64,000 nt of DNA from Schmidtea polychroa (Eukaryota). Below the pieces are notes generated by a model. That model worked only from the letters and a program-made list of their open reading frames with translations. It did no database searches and had not been told where the DNA came from. Below, piece by piece: positions 55,501-64,000 of the stretch. How positions within the stretch are numbered: the first letter of the stretch is position 1; each line of letters opens with the position of its first letter. The stretch covers positions 1,924,001-1,988,000 of the forward strand of contig CM097885.1 of assembly GCA_044892525.1 (NCBI GenBank). The letters are read 5' to 3'. Made by a program: the position numbers and the translations under genes.

Positions 55501-56245
55501 AATCGCTGTAATCCCCGGCTTCTTTGTACAGCTTTTTGTTGCGGATCTTGATGTTGCTCGGCCGCAGCTTCAAAAGCAAATGTTTGCTGCTTAGCAACTT
55601 GAAGCTGGGCTTCCTCGGTTTGTGGGGAGCATCGGAATCGTTCTGGTGGAGATTCGTCAGGCTTTTATTCATTTGCGAGAAATCTGCATCGGAAAATCGC
55701 TGATTGGTCAGATAAGTTTCGCTGCCGCAGCGAGGAATCGTCGGTTTCTTTTCTGTGTGCTTTCGGAACATGTTGGTGCTTTTCCGGAACTTCGACTCTC
55801 TCTGATTGGTCAGACTCGACAATCCGTTGCTTTTTACGTGGTTCGGATCGACAGCCTTGTACAGGACCGCCTCGGACGTGTCGGAGAGGGGAAACTGATT
55901 TTCCTTGTGGAACGATATCAACTTGTAAACGGTTGGAAATTTGAATTTAGAATTTATAAAATACACCAAGCAATTTTTAGTATTATCGATGTCAGTTTGA
56001 ATAATTATATGGATATATTTCCCATTCCATTTAGACGAGACGACGAATTTATTAGTTTTATCTTCGGAGAATCTGACTAGAAATTCTCCATTGTTAATAA
56101 TACGACTTTCAGCTTCAGTTCGTCCAATAACCCCATGAAACCACATTGAATATTTTAATAAGTCCATTTGCTTTTTGATTTCATTATCCAAAAGCAATTT
56201 TGGATCAATTTGATGATGATTATCAAATTCATAAATTTCTCCCAT
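52570..56245 (-). CDS. BCAR3/SH2D3 (NSP-family) adaptor, SH2 + Cdc25/RasGEF-like domain; exons 56245-54747, 54499-54331, 53061-52777 and (less certain) 52671-52570
   Basis: SH2: SMWFHGVIGRTEAE..NGEFLVRFS..FVVSSKW..F.TV..LI.FH..PLSDTSEAVL. Exon 2 R-QTALTLFIMATIV..DMYHFRAVFTAIFSEQ joined to exon 3 ILNLKVW resembles BCAR3 (GDLYSFSALMKALEMPQ-ITRLEKTW). All introns are GT-AG with compatible phases. Confidence 0.82.
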
Positions 56246-57539
56246 ATTTCGTTTAGATTTCCAACAATCGATTAAACATCTACAATTTTTATTTTATTTT
56301 AATATATTATTCATGGAAAAATTTAATTAGAAATAATCAAAACTAAATTAGAATTAATAAAATAGTAAAATTTTTAAAAATATATATTTATGATTTACTA
56401 GATTATTTAAATTGACGTATTAAAATAAAGTTAATTGATTACATTAATATCTAAATTTGATAATTTGGATTTTATTTTGATTGGAAAAATGTATATATAA
56501 ATCATTTACAATTATTATTAAAAATAAATTCAATATTGAAAAATACAAACTTTGTCAAATTACGTAAATTTTTATGTATCTTCATTTTTTTGATTAATGT
56601 CTAAGATAAATAGAAAATGAAACAAATTAATAATCTTCATTAAAAACTTGTTTTAATTTGACAACATTTACTGAAGTTCCTGCTAATATTTTAAACCCAA
56701 ACCGATCTTTTATTTTTATTAAATTATTGAGTGACCATTCATCCTTTCCAAACACTTCTCCCGCAATCCACATGACAAAAAATGTCACCATATGACAACC
56801 TTTGCTAAGCAATGTTGGTAGGTGTGCCAAATTAGCGATTGTCAGCAAAAGATAAAACGATTAATGCCCTGATAATACATGGGTTCGCGAACTACCGATA
56901 GATAGTTTTCTACCGAGCTTGAATCTACTTTTTCAAACACTTTCTATTCTCGTCTCTCGCCATAGTTTTATGATCTTATCTTTTACCTTTCATTCTTTAC
57001 CCTAGGAATGGGAAAATCAAAATTGTCATTATTATTACTGAACATCAAATCATGTTGGCATGTGGATAGTCAAAATAGTCGTGTCAGAGTTATCGGAAGG
57101 TTCAGAATGATGAATTGTATAGCTTTCCTTGTCTAGCTGATATTGTGTATCTCTTTCTTCCGACGTTACTGGATTCACTCAATTTCCCCCGCTTAAACTT
57201 TGATTTTCCTCATGACACTACATTTATTACTTGGATTTTCTGTGCTTCTGGTTGAGGGACCTCGCCCTTTTGATGTTTTTTGGGTGCAATCAACTAAAAG
57301 CTAATTCGTTGTTCGCCAGCCTAGTAATCTCGGTTTCCAACTTAGATATTTTGTAAAGTCTATTTGCTCTTGCAGGACTTAAATCACTCACCTAGCTTTT
57401 TCATGTTCTCGGGCCTGAACTAAGTGTTCTAGAACTCTACACACCTAAGTTTTAGGCGTTCAGAATTTTTCATTTGTAAATCATTTGTATGAAAAAAACA
57501 TTGTGTACTTCTTGTCAGAATAGTGTTTCTCTCTCTGTA

Positions 57540-58030
57540 TTAACACGTTGACGACCATATGAGTCACATATGTATCACATTCTCAGACCTTCTTTATTTG
57601 AACTTTTGAATTTTTTATGGTTTATTTAACTTTATTAAAACCCTAAGTATCTCCCACAAACCATTCTCCCAAGAATAATTTTATTTCAACAACATTTTAT
57701 TGAACAAAAAAATTTAGATCAAAAATAAATTTAATTGAAAAAATTTACTACACTTTTTATGAGGCCTATTGAAGCATTCAATATGGTAATGGTTTAAGCA
57801 TTTGCTGTAAATATTGTTAGCCTGTTTTGTTCAATTTGCGTCAATAGTAAGTCGATGTACCTTGCTTAACTTCTTGTAACACACCACGAACCGTCTTCTT
57901 TAATTAGATTTTGTCCCAAAAAGCAAAAATAAAAAAAATCGAATTCTTAACAAATTCAATTAAAAATAAAAAACTATTTTTATAGTTTTTACTTGGGTCA
58001 TTTTGACCCAGCAGCGTCTTTTTTGTTATA
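57540..58030 (-). mobile_element. Possible piggyBac 3'-end remnant
   Basis: TTAA-CACGTTGACGACC terminus, GGGTCATTTTGACCC palindrome, and a decayed Cys/His-rich tail on the minus strand. Confidence 0.4.
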
Positions 58031-58096
58031 AATTAAACATTAAGATTTAAAAGAAAATTCAAAAATAAAATTAACAAATTTAAATAACACTTTAAC

Positions 58097-58199
<103 letters not shown>

Positions 58200-58419
58200 A
58201 TATTGAATAAAATGGAGTGTAAGAGATCCGACAAAAAAAATTTTACACCATTACTTTATATTAACTTAAAAATAATAGATTTTGGAACAAATTTATTAAT
58301 TATATCATTTTTAATGAAAAATTTTTTAAATTATAAAAATTATAATTTTAAATAATAAATCATTTTTTATTTGTAGCAAAAAACAGGAAATTTTAAAATT
58401 AATTTAATAATAATACTCT

Positions 58420-58860
58420 TATCCCTCAGCTCATTCTCTACTTCAAAATAATAATTCAAACAGTTGTACAAAAATACCAACTTAATATTTGGATGGTGTA
58501 GTACAGGATGGCTGGGTGCATTATCAACGAGTAAGAGTACTTTGAATTGAAGACCCTTTTATTCCATATATTTTTGAACTTCAGGAACGAAGCATTCTTG
58601 GAACCATTTTGTCGTCTGTTATCCACGTCTTTCTATTAGCCATCTAATGGACTAGCAGCTGTTTAATATTCTTGCCTCTCAAAGCTCGTGGCATTAATGA
58701 CCTGTTGATTAACATTTTTTTATGGTTCTGATAGTCGCTTCACTTAAACTAAAATCTTTGATAATAGATGTGGGACCTACGCCTCTCTCAAGACTGTCTA
58801 AGATTTTTATTTTAGTTTCCAAAGAAATCGCTTGTCGCGTCCGATTATTTTTCGTTTTTT
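58420..58860 (-). mobile_element. Tigger/pogo transposase remnant (psq-HTH and DDE_1 pieces)
   Basis: Minus-strand AISLETKIKILDSLERG..FSLSEATIRTIKK and WFQECFVPEVQKY..FKVLLLVDNAPSHP. Confidence 0.8.
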
Positions 58861-58997
58861 TGGAAATAGTGTTAAACCGAATATTTCGTGCAAATAAAGA
58901 AGATTTGTTACTTTTTTGTGGACCGTGTTATTTCAAAATCGCGTAAAAAAAGAGTTGGGTGTACTTTTCACTTTGGTTTTTGATGATTTATTATAAG

Positions 58998-59217
58998 TAC
59001 CGTATTTTAGCGCATATAACGCGCGCGTTCTACGGGTTTTTACAAACCGTGCACCCCCCATGCGCGGTATCTGTGGGTGCGCGCTTTATGATTTATATTT
59101 TACACGTGGCGGCATTGCCAGTGGAAATATTTTTATGATGTGACAGTAACCCTACCATCGGTTTTATTGTTTATTGTAATCAGATACCGCGCGCGTTATA
59201 TGTGCTAAAATACGGTA
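58998..59217. mobile_element. pogo-type MITE
   Basis: TA-CCGTATTTTAGCGCATATAACGCGCGCG ... CGCGCGCGTTATATGTGCTAAAATACGG-TA; TIRs with one mismatch. Confidence 0.9.
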
Positions 59218-59831
59218 GATACGATTTTGTGATTATTACGAAATCAAAGAAAATTCACACTTGATCATCAAATTTCAAATGGATTATGTAATCATATATA
59301 ATCAACCTTTCTAGCAATCTGTCAACATATTACCTCAATTTAAACCTCTTCAAAATCGTATTTTCCAAAATGTTTCTGCAGAAAATATGAAGAAAAATCG
59401 AAAATTATTACAAATAAATTAAAAACTAATTAAATATTCAAAAAAGTAAAAATCATTATTTTTGGGTGAGGGAGTGGTAACCGGTTAGAAGTTGAGAAAC
59501 CCTTTAATTACTGAAGAATATAAGAGAATGTCAACCAAAGTGAATTGTAAAAGGGAGATTTGATCGAAACATTGCGTGGTTACCTCGAGAAACGAAACCA
59601 GTTAAATAAGGAGAAAATAGTCCCAGTATTACATGGGCATCTGGTATAGCGAGATTACAAATCCCATTAAAGGAAAATGATCAACGTGGAAAATCTATTG
59701 AAATGCAACTGATAAAATTTAGAATATCCTTACTGAGCTTGTTAAGCAAGAAAAGACGAAATTGAAAGCGATTTATTCGAATAAAATTAGTCAAACGAGA
59801 TTTTTGTGTTGAATGGATCATATCCATAGGT

Positions 59832-60195
59832 CAAAGCTTTCCAACCGGTGTGTCGCGACACTTTAGTGTGTCGGCAGCGCTGCATAGGTATGTCGCGTAA
59901 ACATAATGAAAAGTCACAGGGTCCTTTAATTTTATAAACTTTTTAACGATTGTTAGACTGAAATACAATACACATATATAGTCCGTCATGTTTTAGCTGC
60001 AAGAACGCTTGATTACCCTATTTATTAGTTAATCGTTGGAATTCGATATATATGTTTCATTGTCTCTTGTATAACGGTTTACCATATGGCGCAAGTTGTA
60101 TGACGTCTGGTTTTCTGGTAAAACTGATTTGCTGTGTTGCGAAATGATGGAAGTTAAAAAGTGTGTCACAAGCATGAAAAGGTTGGAAAGCACTG
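59832..60195. mobile_element. hAT (Charlie-like) MITE
   Basis: Ends CAAAGCTTTCCAACC / GGTTGGAAAGCACTG; GTGTCGCG subterminal repeats; imperfect TSD ccataggt / ccattgga. Confidence 0.7.
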
Positions 60196-60577
60196 CCATT
60201 GGATGTCTACCCTATCATTCGCTTATTGCTGAAAGGTCAAAATTTGTATTTGAATAAAAGTTATTTTGTTGGAAGTCGATTATGGAGTGAACACGAGGAG
60301 CCAAATTGAGACAAAATTCCTATCAATAATTTGCTTATATCCAAATACAATTTCCATGCACCAGTGTTTGTGATTGCACGTTATGAAACATTTATGCTGC
60401 ACTCTTCACTTGCTCATGATCCAATTTGTTGACTCCTTTATGTTCCTCTCGCTGCGCAAATTACCTCTTAGATAACCTCAACAATTCTGTGCGTAAATTA
60501 ATTGTGATATTTACTTTGTAATATTGTTATCGATAATATCATTGAAAGAGGAACGAAAGAATAACTATAAATCCCCC

Positions 60578-60795
60578 CAGAGCCGTAGCTAGGGAAAATG
60601 GCGCCCTGGTGCCAAAAGAATCCACCACTCCCATTAATTATGTACTTACATGAATGGAATTGGTCTTGAAGAGTCAAATTAAGATGCAAACCCTAACCCT
60701 AACCCTAAGTTCAGAGTTGTGATCATTAAGGTTCCTATCATAACATATTTGACTCGGCGCGGCCGCCCCATTCGACCCCCCTAGCTACGGCTCTG
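60578..60795. mobile_element. MITE with perfect 17-bp TIRs enclosing (CCCTAA)3
   Basis: CAGAGCCGTAGCTAGGG / CCCTAGCTACGGCTCTG; ccctaaccctaaccctaa at 60691-60708. Confidence 0.8.
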
Positions 60796-62469
60796 CATCT
60801 CCACATGACTAATAGAATGATTCCAAGACTCACCAGACTTCATCATTTGGCAGCCTTCCAAGGGCGATCATGTCAGTCATAATCAATATCGTCCAAATGT
60901 CAAACTTATTATTAAGCTTCATTGTCACAAGCTGCTATATAGAAAGTTCCACAATACAGACAAAGGATGAATATGACAAAAGCTTGAGGAGCATTGCAAT
61001 AAAGGCATCAGACCAAATAAAAACATTTAATCACAATTGTAAATTATAAATGCAAAAATAAAAGGCCATTTAATATTAACAAAATTAATTAGTTTGTCCT
61101 TTTAACGGAGGACTCACAAGAATAACGCCATCGCCACGAACGAATAGCATAGGAATAGATCTTTTGGTTGTCTAAATTTATTTCAATTAAATATAAATTC
61201 AGTTCACTTTGTTACTTTGTGAATTTCTTCCAGGGTTTCATCATCGATTTCCAAAGTGGTAATAGTTTCTTCGACATCACTAAGAGCCATGTTTAAATGA
61301 GAATCAAAAGCCTACTCCATAAAATTATAGCGTTACAATGATGCATATTTACATTTAATTTGCCTCTTAATTCTCTGTCATTCTTCATTTTAACATAAAT
61401 TCTTTCATTTAAACTTAGCCTGATAAGATCTAGTGGTTCGTCGATTACAGAAGCATCGGCCTTGGGGACAAATACAATTTAAAATATCATTCAAATGAAA
61501 ATTACATGTAAATTGTCTCCAGCAGAAGAATCCATTTTATTGTAAATTTTATATTATTTAAACAAAAGCAAAAATTAGGTCAAATGAAATATTTTTTTTT
61601 TAAAAAATTAAATTTAATTGAATCAAATTTTTAATTAATTATGGAATGAAAATTTTAAATAAATATTTTCAAATATAATCTTAATCTTATCATTTCAACT
61701 TTTTAATTCTTTAATATTTATAAAACAATTTTTTATTCAACAGATACTGAGGGATATCCTCATCATTTGCTAAAATATGACAAATTTTCATATTTATTTA
61801 AGTTTTAGGCAAAAATTCAATATCTGATTTTGTATCATTATCACAGAGAGCTGTCATGGAGTCTCTTCCTACTATAGCTGGATTCCGGTATTTGATGCAG
61901 TTATAGTCAGCGATACCGTTTACTACAGAAAAACTCAAAATTCGATATCCAGGTGGTCCCCGCTTTGAAGTGATATTGGTAATACGCAATTAGTTGAACA
62001 CTAAATAAATTTTATTTGACAAAGGATTATAGAACGGGACCCAACAAATATAAAGTCAAGATTTACGCAGAAAGGAACCTCAATAATACGTGCTAATGTT
62101 GTGACAAAAGATGATAAAATAAATTCCAAATTCTCACCATCCTGTGGTATTTAATAGAATCTTAATTAATTTATATTTGACATCTTCCAGTTTTACTCTT
62201 ACAATTTCATCTTATTAATTTTCTGAAAAACTTTATATATTTTTTCTGTTTAATTTTTTACTTTTTATTTACTTATTTTGAGGTTGTAAAAGTAAATTAT
62301 TCTTAAGTGAGGTTGAAAAATTAAATTATGTTAAATTGAATAGTTTCGAGTAAAATTAAAACCGAAATTGAACGAAATAGAATGGCGATTAAGCAGAGAA
62401 TTAATAAAATTATTTGCCCATAATAAGCTTTAAGCCTTTAAATTTTCTAGGCATCTCCAGTCTTTCTTG

Positions 62470-62945
62470 GAGTTGATAAGCCGATTGAGCATCTCACCGA
62501 CATGGAAATGTATAATTTCTTTGAAGGTGGGATTAGAGGTGGGATAACCTTTGTGAATAAGCATTTTGTTCTTAGTGATGAAAATACGGAGTTGTTGTAC
62601 ATTGACATCAACAACTTGTATAGATGGGCTTTATCACAAAAGCTTTCCGACGGTGGTTTTGAATGGGTAATTGATGATACTGTTTTAGAGAGATTATTAA
62701 TTAAGTACACAACGGTAAATTTAAATATGCTTGATAGAAGTAGATTTAAAAATACCGAAATCTGTCCATGACAAACTGGTTGATTTTCCGGTAGCTCAAG
62801 GAAAGATGTGTCCACCTTTTTCTAAAGTGGAGAAGTTGTTACTTTCACACGATCTGAAAACACACTATGTTCTCCATTGGCGACTTCTCCAAATCTTTCT
62901 TGAGTTAGGTGTTGTTGTTACCAAGGTACATAGTGTTGGCGCTTA
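62470..62945 (+). mobile_element. Protein-primed family B DNA polymerase fragment (Polinton type), frameshifted
   Basis: HLTDMEMYNFFEGGIRGG..LLYIDINNLY.WALSQ.L..GGFEW, then in another frame IEVDLKIPKSVHDKL.DFPVA..EKLL..K..YVLHWRLLQ..LELG.VVTKVH. Confidence 0.88.
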
Positions 62946-64000
62946 GGAATGTGTCATTTAAATGTTCTAGAGTTACTTAGGGATTTTCAATCGACTCCTT
63001 CCTAAATGCCTTCATGACTATTTTACTTGATACCATCTGCGTACCAATGTTAGCAACCATGTTACTGATTTACACAATGGTGAAAATCAATGAGCAGGTG
63101 AGTTGTACTGCTAGAGCTACTCCTTATTGTATTTTCATTTTCGGGTTCTGGACTGCCAATAGAAGGTCTTACGTCACTGCTCATTATCTATTTCTTTCTT
63201 AGATTATTGACATTCATTTATTCGTTTAATTATGGTCCTCATTTCTTGATGTTATTCAATGTTATTTTCGAAAATTTTGCGCAGAGATTCCACCTTATTT
63301 ACCAGTTCATAAATGTTGTGCTACATTTTCTACAATAATTGAGGTTATTCGGTTTGCTCTTCGAAAATTTAAGCAGGGATCTGCCTATATTTCTTATTCT
63401 GACGTAAATTAATTTTAATTACTAGAGAATTTTCTAATTCCACCTATAAACTAAGTCTTCTCTATGTTTTCTCAAAATCTATCTCCTTTTTATTATTATC
63501 AACCTATTATTCCCCTTTGCCCTTGACATGGCGTAATTCTCAGTTTATTAAAAAATTTTTAAAATCATATTAAATTTACTTGAATAAAATTTAGAAATAG
63601 ATAATAAAAAGAACAACAAAAAAATAAATGATTTATTATCTTGTTTACATGATATTTTTCAAGCACAATAGAAACTATTATTAGCGTATATTTTCAAAAA
63701 AAATACTAGAAAAACCGAATTTAAACCAAAAATCGTAAGTATTCACCCATACGATACATTACCAATGACTGTAGGATGAAATAGTAAACCATTGTATCTT
63801 GGGTTGCGTCGGAAACGACACGAAAGGGTAAAATGTAAATTACCTGAGATCCCCCACATTAAAAAAATTTTTTTATTTTGTCAATAACTTTGAAAATAAA
63901 GATTAACAGCATTATAATTATTTTTTGTAATCAAATTTCAGGCATTATAGAGGTAATTATGATGTTTATTCCTCAACACGATTTATACTTTATTTTTGTT

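Noticed and set aside
55622..56080. 152-aa plus-strand ORF (and short ORFs at 10657 and 54809)
   Set aside because: Antisense shadows of real coding exons.

Overview
AT-rich, intron-containing animal genomic DNA. A flatworm (triclad/planarian-like) host is my inference from composition, (AAT)n abundance and a flatworm-like cofilin fragment; it is not established. Three apparently intact host genes: an intronless GPR19-like GPCR (-), a two-exon bombesin/CCHamide-type neuropeptide GPCR (+) split by a 15.2-kb intron, and a four-exon BCAR3/SH2D3 (NSP)-family SH2 + RasGEF-like gene (-). The 5' part of a storkhead-box (STOX-like) gene (-) looks damaged. The rest is microsatellites, minisatellites and decayed mobile DNA (hAT, pogo/Tigger, Tc1, piggyBac-type MITE, Gypsy LTR pieces, Polinton integrase/PLA2/pPolB, Penelope-like GIY-YIG ends). 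The most unusual signal is at 6.0-9.9 kb: two related in-frame mosaic ORFs built from pieces of housekeeping genes (Rab1, proteasome alpha-6, cofilin, plus unidentified sequence). Each sits in a roughly 1-1.3 kb cassette inserted in an AAT/ATT microsatellite and headed by an antisense hammerhead-ribozyme-like motif. Further minimal hammerheads occur next to AAT/ATT tracts, including a clean inverted pair inside the GPCR intron. My hypothesis is a family of non-autonomous Penelope-like elements that capture and shuffle host mRNA fragments. All protein and RNA-family calls are by eye; no database searches or folding programs were run.
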